Source: an uncultured Eubacteriales bacterium (GTDB lineage Bacteria > Bacillota > Clostridia > Oscillospirales > Acutalibacteraceae). From it: a stretch of DNA of 64,000 nucleotides. The translations under genes and the position numbers were made by a program. The stretch covers positions 19,642-83,641 of the forward strand of contig ONBJ01000003.1 in NCBI GenBank assembly GCA_900316025.1. The letters are read 5' to 3'. Under the pieces are notes generated by a model. The model was not told the origin of the DNA. It did no database searches and saw nothing but the letters and a program-made list of their open reading frames with translations. Below, in pieces: positions 43,346 to 53,027 of this stretch. Positions within the stretch are counted from its first letter, which is position 1. Every line of letters begins with the position of its first letter.

Positions 43346-43392
43346 CTTTGAAAAAATCAATTTTAAAAGAAAAAGGGGCGGGAAAAATAAAA

Positions 43393-45147
43393 ATGGCTTT
43401 GGACGGCGGATATTTAAGATATATATGTAATGAGATAAATGAAAAAGCTGCAAACAGCAGGGTAGAGAAGGTATATCAGCCTAATAAAGATGAGATAGTA
43501 CTTGGGTTCAGAGGTCTTAAAGGAGCATATAAGCTTCTTGTTTCGTCAAGGGCAAACAGTCCCAGAATAAACTTTACGGAATATGCTCCCGAAAACCCTA
43601 AAGTTCCGCCTATGCTGTGTATGCTTTTCAGAAAGAAGCTTTGCGGAAGTAAGCTGATACAGGCACGTCAGCCTGCACTTGAAAGGATAATTTTTCTTGA
43701 TTTTGATGCAACGAATGAGCTTGGCGATCATATAAAGCTTACACTTGCGGCTGAGATAATGGGCAAGTACAGCAACGTTATTTTCATAAATGAAGAAGGC
43801 GTTGTAATAGACGCACTCAAAAGAGTAGATATGTCAATGTCATCACAAAGGCAGGTTCTTCCGGGTTTAAAATACAGCCTTCCGCCTGCACAGAATAAGA
43901 TAAATCTTCTTGACGGAGAAACAGAGGAAACAACAGAAAAAACTTTAAAAGCACTGGAAAGCATAACGGTTGATACAAAGCTGAGCAAAGCATTGTTAAA
44001 TACGATACAGGGAATTTCACCCATAGCGTGCAGGGAGCTTGAATATCTTACAGGAAAGGGAAGAGAACTTACAACGGAAAATCTGAAAATTTCCGAAATC
44101 AGAAAAAGACTTGTCTTTTTTGTCGGAAGAATGGCAGATAATCTTAAAAATCTGAGTTATACCCCCCATATGGCGGTTATAAACGGAAAGCCTGCGGATT
44201 TTTTCTTCGGAGATATAACCCAGTACGGACAGCTTGCGGAGATTAAGCGTTATGAAAGCTTTAGCAAGCTTGTTGATGATTTTTATATCGGCAGAGATAC
44301 GATAGAAAGAATGAAATCGAAATCTCAGGATTTGCACCGTATGCTTTCAAATACAACAGAGAGGCTTTCAAGGAAGATAAATACACAGACTCTTGAGCTT
44401 GAAAGGTGTACGGACAGAGAACCTCTTAGGATAAAAGGTGATTTAATTCAGGCAAATATATACAGGATAGAAAAGGGAATGTCCGAGATTACAGTAGAAA
44501 ATTATTATGACGGCAACAGACCTTTTACTATAGAGCTTGACCCGTCGCTTACGGCAACACAGAATTCCCAGAAGTATTATAAGAGCTATCGTAAGGCAAA
44601 GACGGCGGAGCAGGTTCTTAAAGTTCAGCTTGAGAAAGCAAAAGCTGAGCTTGATTATATAGAAGCTGTATCGGAAAGTCTGAGCAGAGCCGAAACCGAA
44701 GGCGAGCTTAACGAAATACGCCGTGAGCTTGCCGAACAAGGATATATAAGAACACGTCAGGGTAAGCAGAAAAAAACAGCAGCACTGCCTGTTTTAAAGT
44801 TCAGGCTTTCTACGGGTTTTGAGCTTTTGGTCGGAAGAAACAATACACAGAATGATAAGCTCACCTTGAAGACAGCAGCCAAAAACGATATATGGCTTCA
44901 TACGAAAAATATACACGGGGCACATGCGATAATAGTTACAAACGGTTTGCAGCCTGATGAGCAGACGATAAAAGAAGCAGCTCAGATAGCTGCATATCAC
45001 AGCAAGGCAAGAGAAAGCTCACAGGTGCCTGTTGACTATACGCTTGTGAAGAATGTAAGCAAACCATCAGGAGCAAAGCCGGGTATGGTAATATACGTCA
45101 AGAACAGAACAATATATGTAACACCTGAGCTTCCGCAGAAAGTTTAG
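43393..45147 (+). CDS. rqcH: Ribosome quality control factor Rqc2/RqcH (NFACT)
   Basis: MALDG, KVYQP, EIMGKYSN, NSQKYYKSY.K.K, GRNNTQND, WLHTKNIHGAH, VDYT; start moved to 43393. Confidence 0.92.
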   Translation: MALDGGYLRYICNEINEKAANSRVEKVYQPNKDEIVLGFRGLKGAYKLLVSSRANSPRINFTEYAPENPKVPPMLCMLFRKKLCGSKLIQARQPALERIIFLDFDATNELGDHIKLTLAAEIMGKYSNVIFINEEGVVIDALKRVDMSMSSQRQVLPGLKYSLPPAQNKINLLDGETEETTEKTLKALESITVDTKLSKALLNTIQGISPIACRELEYLTGKGRELTTENLKISEIRKRLVFFVGRMADNLKNLSYTPHMAVINGKPADFFFGDITQYGQLAEIKRYESFSKLVDDFYIGRDTIERMKSKSQDLHRMLSNTTERLSRKINTQTLELERCTDREPLRIKGDLIQANIYRIEKGMSEITVENYYDGNRPFTIELDPSLTATQNSQKYYKSYRKAKTAEQVLKVQLEKAKAELDYIEAVSESLSRAETEGELNEIRRELAEQGYIRTRQGKQKKTAALPVLKFRLSTGFELLVGRNNTQNDKLTLKTAAKNDIWLHTKNIHGAHAIIVTNGLQPDEQTIKEAAQIAAYHSKARESSQVPVDYTLVKNVSKPSGAKPGMVIYVKNRTIYVTPELPQKV

Positions 45148-45154
45148 CTGAGCA

Positions 45155-45254
45155 GTGCGATTGCAGCACTCAAAATGCAGGCATTTTGAGCGTTACAAGT
45201 GCTACGCACTTGTAACGGACTGCAAACAAAGTTTGCAGTCCGCTGCAATCGCAC
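45155..45254. repeat. Four-way-junction element B6
   Basis: GTGCGATTGCAGC/GCTGCAATCGCAC; hairpins 45169-90, 45191-217, 45218-40. Confidence 0.9.
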
Positions 45255-45314
45255 ACCTGAGAATGTGCGTTGCCGAAGAGGTGTTTCAGCGAAAAATGAT
45301 AAGGAGAGAATAAT

Positions 45315-45989
45315 ATGAGATTGCTTTTAGCGGAAGATGAAAAGGAACTTTCAAGGGCATTGGTAACGATACTCAAGCACAACAATTATTCCGTAGATGC
45401 GGTATATAACGGAGAGGACGCACTGGACTATATAGAAAGCGGGGTTTATGATGGTGTAGTGCTTGACATTATGATGCCTAAAATAGACGGAATAACAGTT
45501 TTAAAGACCATACGAAAAGAGGGAAACTCCGTACCTGTAATACTGCTTACAGCAAAATCCGAAATTGAGGACAAAGTACTCGGACTTGACTGCGGTGCGG
45601 ACGATTATCTTACAAAGCCGTTTTCGGCTAAAGAGCTTCTTGCAAGAATACGTGCTATGACACGAAAAAGAACGGAAGCTAATAATTCCGTAATCAGCTT
45701 TGAAAATATAAAGCTTGATACATCAACCTTTGAGCTTTCATCACCCAACGGAAGTTTAAGGCTTGCAAACAAGGAATTTCAGATGCTTGAAATGCTGATG
45801 AAAAATCCGGGAAGAATAATTTCAACAGAAACGTTTATGGAAAAAATATGGGGATATGACAGCGATACAGAGCTAAGCGTAGTATGGGTATACATATCAT
45901 ACATAAGAAAGAAGCTGTCATCACTTGATGCAAAGGTGCAGATAAAAGCTGTAAGAAACAGGGGATATTCTCTGGAGGCTTCAAAATGA
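45315..45989 (+). CDS. OmpR/PhoB family response regulator, CiaR-like
   Basis: LDIMMP phospho-site, GADDYLTKPF, WGYDSDTELSVVWVYISYIRKKL recognition helix. Confidence 0.92.
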   Translation: MRLLLAEDEKELSRALVTILKHNNYSVDAVYNGEDALDYIESGVYDGVVLDIMMPKIDGITVLKTIRKEGNSVPVILLTAKSEIEDKVLGLDCGADDYLTKPFSAKELLARIRAMTRKRTEANNSVISFENIKLDTSTFELSSPNGSLRLANKEFQMLEMLMKNPGRIISTETFMEKIWGYDSDTELSVVWVYISYIRKKLSSLDAKVQIKAVRNRGYSLEASK

Positions 45990-47248
45990 TAAAAAAGCTC
46001 AGAAAAAAATTTATAGCCATAGCTATGATTTCGGTGATTGTTGTGCTTACCGTCATAATGACTGCGATAAATATTGCCAATTTCATAAGCATAGACAGCA
46101 ACGCACAGAAGCGAATTGAAATACTTGAGGAGAACGGCGGAAAATTTTCTGATAAGCCTTTTTTCAGGGACAGAGAAGACGATTTCAAAGAGAATAAGCT
46201 GTCACCTGAAATGCCGTTTGAAACAAGATACTTTACCGTAACTCTTGACAGTAACGCAAACGTTTCCGAAATAAATACAGGAAGGATAGCTGCGGTATCT
46301 TCATCGGCGGCAGAAGATTATGCCAAAAAGCTTTACGAAGAAAACAGAGAAAAAGGTTTTATAGAAACTTATAAATATACACGTACAGAATCCGACGGAA
46401 AAATAATGTATATTTTTCTTGACATAGGCAGAGAGCTTGATACCTTTTATTCCTTTTTTACAGCAAGCGTAATTATAAGCTTGGCAGGAAGTCTGCTTGT
46501 ATTTATAATGGTAGTTATTTTCTCGTCCATAGCTGTAAGACCTGTCGCACAGAGCTATGAAAAGCAGAAAAGATTTATAACAGACGCAAGTCACGAGATA
46601 AAAACCCCTCTTGCAATAATAGATGCGAATGCAGAGGTTATCGAGATGATAGACGGCGAAAACGAATGGACGCAGAGTATAAGAAAACAGATAAAGCGGC
46701 TTACATCACTTACCGAAAAGCTTGTATATCTTTCAAGAATGGACGAGGACGGATATGAAATGCAGATGGTAAGCTTTGATATTTCTCAGGCGACGGAGGA
46801 AATGACGGAGCTTTTCAATACAGCGTCACAGGCAAGAGGAATAAAACTGAAAACAGAAGCGGAAGCAGGTCTGAGCTGTTACGGAAACGAAGCGGCAATC
46901 CGTCAGCTTATTTCCATAATGATGGACAATGCCCTGAAATATACAAACGAAAACGGAGTTATAGAGGTAAAGCTTAAATCCGCAGGCAGGAGCAGAATAA
47001 TGACCTTCTACAATACCGTTGATGAGATAGAAAAAGGAAAGCTTGAATTTCTTTTTGAAAGGTTTTATCGTCTGGATAAGTCAAGAAATTCCGAAACAGG
47101 AGGACATGGTATAGGTTTATCCGTAGCCAAAGCCATAACAGAGGCACACGGAGGAAAAATTTCAGCGGAGAGCACTGACGGAAAGAGTATTATCTTCACG
47201 GTAACACTTAAAAATATCCCTAATGATAAAAAAGGAAATAAATTATGA
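45986..47248 (+). CDS. Sensor histidine kinase (2 TM, extracellular sensor)
   Basis: FITDASHEIKTPL, MDNALKY, FERFYRLDKSR, GHGIGLS. Confidence 0.93.
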   Translation: MIKKLRKKFIAIAMISVIVVLTVIMTAINIANFISIDSNAQKRIEILEENGGKFSDKPFFRDREDDFKENKLSPEMPFETRYFTVTLDSNANVSEINTGRIAAVSSSAAEDYAKKLYEENREKGFIETYKYTRTESDGKIMYIFLDIGRELDTFYSFFTASVIISLAGSLLVFIMVVIFSSIAVRPVAQSYEKQKRFITDASHEIKTPLAIIDANAEVIEMIDGENEWTQSIRKQIKRLTSLTEKLVYLSRMDEDGYEMQMVSFDISQATEEMTELFNTASQARGIKLKTEAEAGLSCYGNEAAIRQLISIMMDNALKYTNENGVIEVKLKSAGRSRIMTFYNTVDEIEKGKLEFLFERFYRLDKSRNSETGGHGIGLSVAKAITEAHGGKISAESTDGKSIIFTVTLKNIPNDKKGNKL

Positions 47249-47772
47249 AAAATATGTCTGAAATAGAAATAGAATTACAGGATACAGAATGGGAAGCTTC
47301 ATATATTGACCACGACAGACTGATTGCAAGAGCTGTGGTTTTTGATGATGAAGGCTATTATTATTTTGTCAGAGCTGAGCGTGATGATGACTTCGGCAAA
47401 GCAGTATTGATTGAAACCTCAGGCGGAGGTGTGGAAAGCGGAGAAGAACTTGAAATAGCTGTCAAAAGAGAGCTTGGTGAAGAACTTGGTGCAGATGTTG
47501 ATATTATCTGCAAAATCGGATTAGTGAGCGACTATTATAATCAGATTCACAGGCATAATATAAGCCATTATTTTTTGTGCAGGGTGCGTTCATTTAATGA
47601 AAGGCATCTGACGAATGAAGAAACAGAAGATTTTAATTTATCAACACTTAAACTGACTTATGAAGCCGCATTGAAGGAATATGAAAAATGCAGCAATACG
47701 AAAATAGGAAGGCTTATTGCAAACAGAGAACTTCCTGTAATAATGCGTGCAAGGGAAATAATTATGAATTAA
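47245..47772 (+). CDS. NUDIX hydrolase
   Basis: Nudix box GGGVESGEELEIAVKRELGEELG; start overlaps kinase stop. Confidence 0.88.
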   Translation: MKNMSEIEIELQDTEWEASYIDHDRLIARAVVFDDEGYYYFVRAERDDDFGKAVLIETSGGGVESGEELEIAVKRELGEELGADVDIICKIGLVSDYYNQIHRHNISHYFLCRVRSFNERHLTNEETEDFNLSTLKLTYEAALKEYEKCSNTKIGRLIANRELPVIMRAREIIMN

Positions 47773-47952
47773 AATAATGTCAGTTTACAAGATGAATTTC
47801 CGACTGATTTTGTTCACAATATCTTCAGTCATTCAAAAACAACAGGTTTATTTTTAAATTTTGTTGCAATTCTGTGACATATTATGTATAATGTATTTGT
47901 ATCGCTTCGGTTTTAGTTTTAACCGTCAGAAAATTAAGGAGGATTTTTATTT

Positions 47953-48510
47953 ATGATTTCAGCAGGAGATTTTAGAAACGGTGTTACATTTGAAATGGAC
48001 GGACAGGTAGTGTCAATAATTGAGTTCCAGCATGTAAAGCCCGGTAAGGGTGCTGCGTTCGTAAGAACGAAGATAAGAAATGTAATTACAGGAGCTGTAG
48101 TTGAAAAAACCTTTAACCCCACAGAAAAATTCCCTACAGCTTTCATTGAGAGAAAGGATATGGAATATCTGTATCAGGACGGCGACCTCTACTATTTCAT
48201 GGATAATGAAACATACGAACAGCTTCCTATCGGCAAAGCCGTTCTCGGAAACAACTTCAAGTTTGTAAAGGAAAATATGGTATGCAAAGTGCTTTCATAT
48301 AAGGGTAATGTATTTGGTGTTGAGCCGCCTACATTTGTTGTTCTTCAGGTTACTCAGACTGAACCCGGTGTTAAAGGCGATACAGCTACAAATGTTACAA
48401 AGCCTGCAACTCTCGAAACAGGTGCGGAGATAAAAGTTCCTATTTTCGTAAATGAGGGAGATTCCATACAGATTGATACTCGTACAGGAGAGTATATGTC
48501 CAGAGCCTGA
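47953..48510 (+). CDS. efp: Translation elongation factor P
   Basis: [28 protein letters not shown]; TTGCAA-17-TATAAT promoter upstream. Confidence 0.98.
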   Translation: MISAGDFRNGVTFEMDGQVVSIIEFQHVKPGKGAAFVRTKIRNVITGAVVEKTFNPTEKFPTAFIERKDMEYLYQDGDLYYFMDNETYEQLPIGKAVLGNNFKFVKENMVCKVLSYKGNVFGVEPPTFVVLQVTQTEPGVKGDTATNVTKPATLETGAEIKVPIFVNEGDSIQIDTRTGEYMSRA

Positions 48511-48550
48511 CTTTTAGATTAAATTGTTTAAATTATTTGGAGGTTACGTT

Positions 48551-49051
48551 ATGAGCATAAAAGAAAAGATTGCCTACATCAAGGGTCTTGCCGAAGGTCT
48601 GAAGCTTGATGAAAACAAGGACGAAGTAAAGGTATTAAAGGCTGTCATTGAATTGCTCGATGAGATGTCTGACATAGTTTGCGAAACAAAGGATACACTT
48701 GAGGGTCTGACTTACAGCGTAGAAGCTATTGATGATGAATTGTCCGAGCTTGAAGAAGCTGTTTATGACGAAGAAGATGACGATGAGTGCTGTCATCACG
48801 GACACCACCATCATCATTGTTGTGATGATGAAGATGATTTTGATGACTGTTGCTGTGAGGACGATGTTTTCTATGAAGTTACCTGTCCTACCTGCGGTGC
48901 TGAGATAAATGTTTCCGAAGATGTACTTCTCTGCGGCGAAACTTCATGCCCTAAGTGCGGCGAAATTCTTGAATTTGATTTCAGCTCTCTTGGTGAAGAT
49001 GATGATGACTGCGAATGCTGTTCATCAGAAGATGAAGACACTGAGGAATAA
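48551..49051 (+). CDS. CD1247-like acidic zinc-ribbon protein with His/Cys tract
   Basis: KEKIAYIKGLAEGL N-terminus; CCHHGHHHHHCC; CPTCG..CPKCG. Confidence 0.7.
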   Translation: MSIKEKIAYIKGLAEGLKLDENKDEVKVLKAVIELLDEMSDIVCETKDTLEGLTYSVEAIDDELSELEEAVYDEEDDDECCHHGHHHHHCCDDEDDFDDCCCEDDVFYEVTCPTCGAEINVSEDVLLCGETSCPKCGEILEFDFSSLGEDDDDCECCSSEDEDTEE

Positions 49052-49073
49052 TATTTTCTGAAATTTTGTGAAA

Positions 49074-49112
49074 GTTCTTTCTCCGGTTTTGACATCGGAG
49101 AAAGAATGTTTT
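49074..49112 (+). terminator. Intrinsic terminator after the efp operon
   Basis: TTCTTTCTCCG/CGGAGAAAGAA stem then TGTTTTT. Confidence 0.6.
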
Positions 49113-49131
49113 TCGCAGGCGAGGAAGTAAC

Positions 49132-49169
49132 GGAAAATTGAAAATGGAAAGTGGAAAGTGGAAAATTAA
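49132..49169 (+). repeat. Five tandem heptamers (G/T)GAAA(A/G)T, left arm of the four-helix-bundle cassette
   Basis: GGAAAAT TGAAAAT GGAAAGT GGAAAGT GGAAAAT TAA. Confidence 0.85.
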
Positions 49170-49200
49170 GGGTCGCTCCGCTCCGATTTTGTAATTGATT

Positions 49201-49546
49201 ATGGAAAATGTTATTGAAAATAAAAGCTTTGGCTTTGCCGTCAGAATTGTAAAGCTATATAAATATCTTTGCGATAAAAAGAAAGAGTATGTTCTTTCAA
49301 AGCAGCTTTTACGTTCAGGTACAAGTATCGGTGCTAATGTTGCCGAAGCACAACAGGAACAAAGTAAAGCGGACTGTATTTCCAAAATCTCCATTGCACT
49401 GAAAGAAACAACAGAAACAAAATATTGGCTGAAATTGCTTAATGCTACAGATTTCCTGAGTGATAATGAAATAAAAAAACGATATTGGCAGATTGTGTTG
49501 AAATTGAGAAAATTTAACTTCCATACTGAAGTCGAGTAAAAATTAA
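49201..49546 (+). pseudogene. Four-helix-bundle (23S rRNA IVP/Avd-like) protein with two apparent -1 frameshifts near the 3' end
   Basis: KSFGFAVRIV..QLLRSGTSIGANVAEA..SKISIALKETTET.YWL; adding one A at 49473-79 and one T at 49513-15 restores ILADCVEIEKILTSILKSSK. Confidence 0.75.
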
Positions 49547-49566
49547 TTTTCCATTTTCAACTTTCA
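49543..49566 (-). repeat. Inverted heptamer arm closing the four-helix-bundle cassette
   Basis: Reverse complement TGAAAGT TGAAAAT GGAAAAT TAA matches the left arm. Confidence 0.8.
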
Positions 49567-49581
49567 GTTTGACAATTTTTT

Positions 49582-49666
49582 GCGGGTATGGCGGAATTGG
49601 CAGACGCACAAGATTTAGGTTCTTGCGGAATACTCCGTGCAGGTTCAAGTCCTGTTACCCGCACCA
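49582..49666 (+). tRNA. tRNA-Leu (anticodon TAG)
   Basis: GCGGGTA acceptor stem, D-loop GGAATTGGCAGAC, CAAGA-TTTAGGT-TCTTG anticodon arm, long variable arm, GTTCAAGT T-loop, CCA end. Confidence 0.97.
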
Positions 49667-49794
49667 ATCAAGAGTACTCATAACAGACTGTTGTGGGTAC
49701 TATTTTTATGTTTCGTGTTATTAAAATGCACAAAAATATGGCGTAGTATTGATAATAATTCTAAATATATAAAAAATACATATCAGATAAATAC

Positions 49795-50134
49795 TTGCAA
49801 AATTCAAATATATATGTTATACTCTTATATGCGTGACTGCGACAGATGTGCGATGAAGCGGGAGGTTGCGGCTGAAACAGGTCGGTTTTTCCGTGGAGTA
49901 TGTCCGATTTTAAACCGGGCGACAATGATATTTTTAATGTGAAGTGGTGTAAAGGCTCACACTGAGGGTTGCTGTGTGCCAAAATGCCGTTTCAGACACT
50001 TTTCGACTATTGCCCGGGTTGACTTGCGTCATCTCGGTTTTTAAATGGACAGAAATGAAACACCCGGCAGGGTTTGAAATTTCGGAAAGAAAAGGGTTGC
50101 CCGCCAACTCAAAATTTTTAAGGAGGCGATGATT
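49795..50134 (+). promoter_or_regulatory. S10 operon promoter and ~300 nt structured leader
   Basis: TTGCAA-17-TATACT with extended TG (49795-823); leader has GCGATGAAGCGGGAGGTTGC and ACACCCGG motifs. Confidence 0.7.
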
Positions 50135-50446
50135 GTGGCAGTCAAGGAGAAAATCAGAATCAGAATAAAGGGTTATGACCATCAGTTGGTAGACCAGTCA
50201 GCAGAAAGAATAGTTGCTACTGCGAAGAAAACAGGAGCAAGAGTATCAGGCCCTGTACCTCTTCCCACAGAAAAGCAGGTTGTAACAATACTCAGAGCTG
50301 TTCATAAGTACAAGGACAGCCGTGAGCAGTTTGAAATCAGAACTCACAAAAGACTGATTGACATTCTCAGACCGTCAAACAAGACGGTAGACGCATTAAC
50401 AAGTTTGGAACTCCCTGCAGGTGTTGAAATCGAAATCAAACTTTAA
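50135..50446 (+). CDS. rpsJ: 30S ribosomal protein S10
   Basis: [20 protein letters not shown]; GTG start by RBS spacing. Confidence 0.98.
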   Translation: MAVKEKIRIRIKGYDHQLVDQSAERIVATAKKTGARVSGPVPLPTEKQVVTILRAVHKYKDSREQFEIRTHKRLIDILRPSNKTVDALTSLELPAGVEIEIKL

Positions 50447-50518
50447 GAAATCAACCAACCTGACAGTCGGGGTCAAGTTGGCGAAAGCCAACCAATAACC
50501 TTATAGGAGGCATTATAA

Positions 50519-51151
50519 ATGCAGAAAGCTATTATCGGTAAGAAAATCGGTATGACACAGATTTTCGACGAAAAGGGAACAGTCATTCCCGTTACGGTAG
50601 TAGAAGCAGGACCTTGTGTTGTTTCTCAGATAAAGACCGTAGAAAATGACGGATACGCATCTGTACAGATGGGTTACGGTGACCTCAAGGCAAAGAAAGT
50701 AAACAAGCCTATGAAGGGTCACTTTGACAAGGCAAACGCAGCTCCCAAGAGAACTCTCAGAGAGTTCAGATTTGACGATACAAGCAAGTATGAGCTTGGT
50801 CAGATACTCAAGGCAGACGTGTTTGCAGCAGGAGATAAGGTAGACGTTACCGGTACAAGTAAAGGTAAGGGCTACGCCGGCGTAATCAAGCGTTGGAATT
50901 TCCAGAGATTGAAAGAGTCACACGGTTCAGGTCCTGTAGCAAGACACGGCGGCTCAATGGGTGCATGTTCAAGTCCTTCCAGAGTATGGAAAGGAAAGAA
51001 AATGGCAGGTCATCTCGGAGCAGAGAGAGTTACAGTACAGAACCTTGCAGTAGTAAAGGTTGACGCAGAAAACAACCTTATCGCTATTAAGGGTGCTGTT
51101 CCGGGCCCTAACGGTGGAATAGTAGTAATCCGTGACACCGTAAAGGCGTAA
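50519..51151 (+). CDS. rplC: 50S ribosomal protein L3
   Basis: [22 protein letters not shown]; operon order. Confidence 0.98.
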   Translation: MQKAIIGKKIGMTQIFDEKGTVIPVTVVEAGPCVVSQIKTVENDGYASVQMGYGDLKAKKVNKPMKGHFDKANAAPKRTLREFRFDDTSKYELGQILKADVFAAGDKVDVTGTSKGKGYAGVIKRWNFQRLKESHGSGPVARHGGSMGACSSPSRVWKGKKMAGHLGAERVTVQNLAVVKVDAENNLIAIKGAVPGPNGGIVVIRDTVKA

Positions 51152-51167
51152 GAAAGGAGGAGTTTAA

Positions 51168-51791
51168 ATGCCTAACGTAGCAGTATTAGATATGGCTGGC
51201 AAAGAGGTTTCGACTATAGAGCTTGCAGATTCAGTATTCGGTATAGAGCCTAATACGACAGTAATGCATCATATGGTAGTAAACTATCTTGCAAATCAGC
51301 GTCAGGGCACACAATCAGCGTTGACAAGAGCAGAGGTATCCGGCGGCGGAAAGAAGCCCTGGAGACAGAAGGGAACAGGTCACGCAAGACAGGGTTCAAC
51401 AAGATCACCTCAGTGGACACACGGCGGTATCGTATTTGCTCCCAAGCCCAGAGATTACAGTTATACAGTAAACAAGAAGGTAAGAAGACTGGCTATGAAG
51501 TCAGCATTCTCTGCAAAGGCACAGTCAAGCGACATCATCGTAATTGACAGCATCGTATCAGAGAGCTTCAGTACAAAGACAATCGCAGCAATGCTCAAGG
51601 CAGTAGGCAGCGAGAAAAAGGCTTTGATAGTTCTTCCTTCAGTTGATAAAAAGGTTATCAATTCAGCAAGAAACATTCCCGGTGTAAAGACAGCACAGGT
51701 AAACGAGCTTAACGTATACGATATGCTCAATGCCGACAAGCTTATCATCGCAAAGGAAGCTGTTGAGAAAATACAGGAGGTGTACGCATAA
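51168..51791 (+). CDS. rplD: 50S ribosomal protein L4
   Basis: KPWRQKGTGHARQG. Confidence 0.98.
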   Translation: MPNVAVLDMAGKEVSTIELADSVFGIEPNTTVMHHMVVNYLANQRQGTQSALTRAEVSGGGKKPWRQKGTGHARQGSTRSPQWTHGGIVFAPKPRDYSYTVNKKVRRLAMKSAFSAKAQSSDIIVIDSIVSESFSTKTIAAMLKAVGSEKKALIVLPSVDKKVINSARNIPGVKTAQVNELNVYDMLNADKLIIAKEAVEKIQEVYA

Positions 51792-52081
51792 TGTTGGCAC
51801 AGGATATAATCGTAAGACCCGTAGTAACAGAAAAGGGTATGAGCGGTATCGCAGCTAAGAAGTACACTTTTGAGGTAGCAAAAGCCGCTAACAAGATAGA
51901 GATAGCAAAAGCAGTTGAAGAGTTGTTCAAAGTAAAGGTTGCAAAGGTAAACACCGTAAACGTAAGAGGAAAGCTTCGCCGTCAGGGAAGATACCAGGGC
52001 TACACAAGGTCTTGGAAGAAGGCTTATGTAACACTTACAGAGGACAGCAAGTCAATCGAATTTTTTGAAGGCATGATGTAA
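51791..52081 (+). CDS. rplW: 50S ribosomal protein L23
   Basis: RPVVTEK, YTFEV, WKKAYVTL. Confidence 0.97.
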   Translation: MLAQDIIVRPVVTEKGMSGIAAKKYTFEVAKAANKIEIAKAVEELFKVKVAKVNTVNVRGKLRRQGRYQGYTRSWKKAYVTLTEDSKSIEFFEGMM

Positions 52082-52166
52082 GCCTGTTTAATTTGCAGAT
52101 TACACGGGCAGAATGTATGGGAAAAGCCATTTTCCCGCAAAGCCATCATGAGGAGAGTGAAATACA

Positions 52167-53000
52167 ATGGCTATAAAAGTATATAAACCTACCACTAACG
52201 CCAGACGTAATATGTCAGTAGTTGACTACTCAGGTCTTTCAAAGACAGCTCCCGAGAAGAGCTTGCTCGCTCCTCTCAAGAAGAAGTCAGGACGTAACAG
52301 CTATGGTAGAATCACCGTTCGTCACAGAGGCGGCGGCAACAGAAGAAAGTACCGTATTATCGATTTCAAAAGACAGAAATTCGATGTACCGGCTACAGTA
52401 AAAACTATTGAGTACGACCCTAACCGTTCAGCATTCATAGCTCTTGTAGAGTATGAGGACGGAGTAAAGAGCTATATCGTAGCTCCTAACGAACTCAAGG
52501 TTGGCGACACAGTAGTATCAGGTGCAAATGCCGACATCAAGCCCGGCAACGCACTTCCGCTTGAAAGTATTCCTGTAGGTACATTTGTACACAATGTAGA
52601 GCTTTATCCCGGCAGAGGTGCTCAGCTTGCAAGAGCAGCAGGAAATATGGCTCAGCTTATGGCTAAGGAAAACGGTCTTGCACTGTTAAGACTTCCTTCA
52701 AGTGAGCTTAGAAATGTACCTATAAGCTGTATGGCTACAATCGGTCAGGTAAGCAACGGCGAACACAGCAACGTAAAAATCGGTAAGGCAGGCCGTAAGC
52801 GTAATATGGGTTGGAGACCTACAGTAAGAGGTTCAGTAATGAACCCTAATGACCACCCTCACGGCGGTGGTGAAGGCAAAAGCCCTATCGGTCGTCCCGG
52901 CCCTGTAACCCCTTGGGGTAAGCCCGCACTCGGCTACAAGACCAGAAAGAAGAAGAACCGTTCGGATAAGCTTATCGTAAGACGCAGAAACGGTAAATAA
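52167..53000 (+). CDS. rplB: 50S ribosomal protein L2
   Basis: [24 protein letters not shown]. Confidence 0.99.
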   Translation: MAIKVYKPTTNARRNMSVVDYSGLSKTAPEKSLLAPLKKKSGRNSYGRITVRHRGGGNRRKYRIIDFKRQKFDVPATVKTIEYDPNRSAFIALVEYEDGVKSYIVAPNELKVGDTVVSGANADIKPGNALPLESIPVGTFVHNVELYPGRGAQLARAAGNMAQLMAKENGLALLRLPSSELRNVPISCMATIGQVSNGEHSNVKIGKAGRKRNMGWRPTVRGSVMNPNDHPHGGGEGKSPIGRPGPVTPWGKPALGYKTRKKKNRSDKLIVRRRNGK

Positions 53001-53027
53001 CAGGCATACAGAAAGGAGCTTTAATAA

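Noticed and set aside
8468-45254. Families A/B as CRISPR repeats or IS ends
   Set aside because: Copies are kilobases apart; no spacers, cas genes, transposase or target duplications seen.
49201-49546. Diversity-generating retroelement suggested by the Avd-like gene
   Set aside because: No reverse transcriptase and no TR/VR repeat pair differing at adenines in the window.
49582-49720. Genomic island integrated at tRNA-Leu
   Set aside because: No integrase and no duplicated tRNA 3' end; the S10 promoter follows directly.
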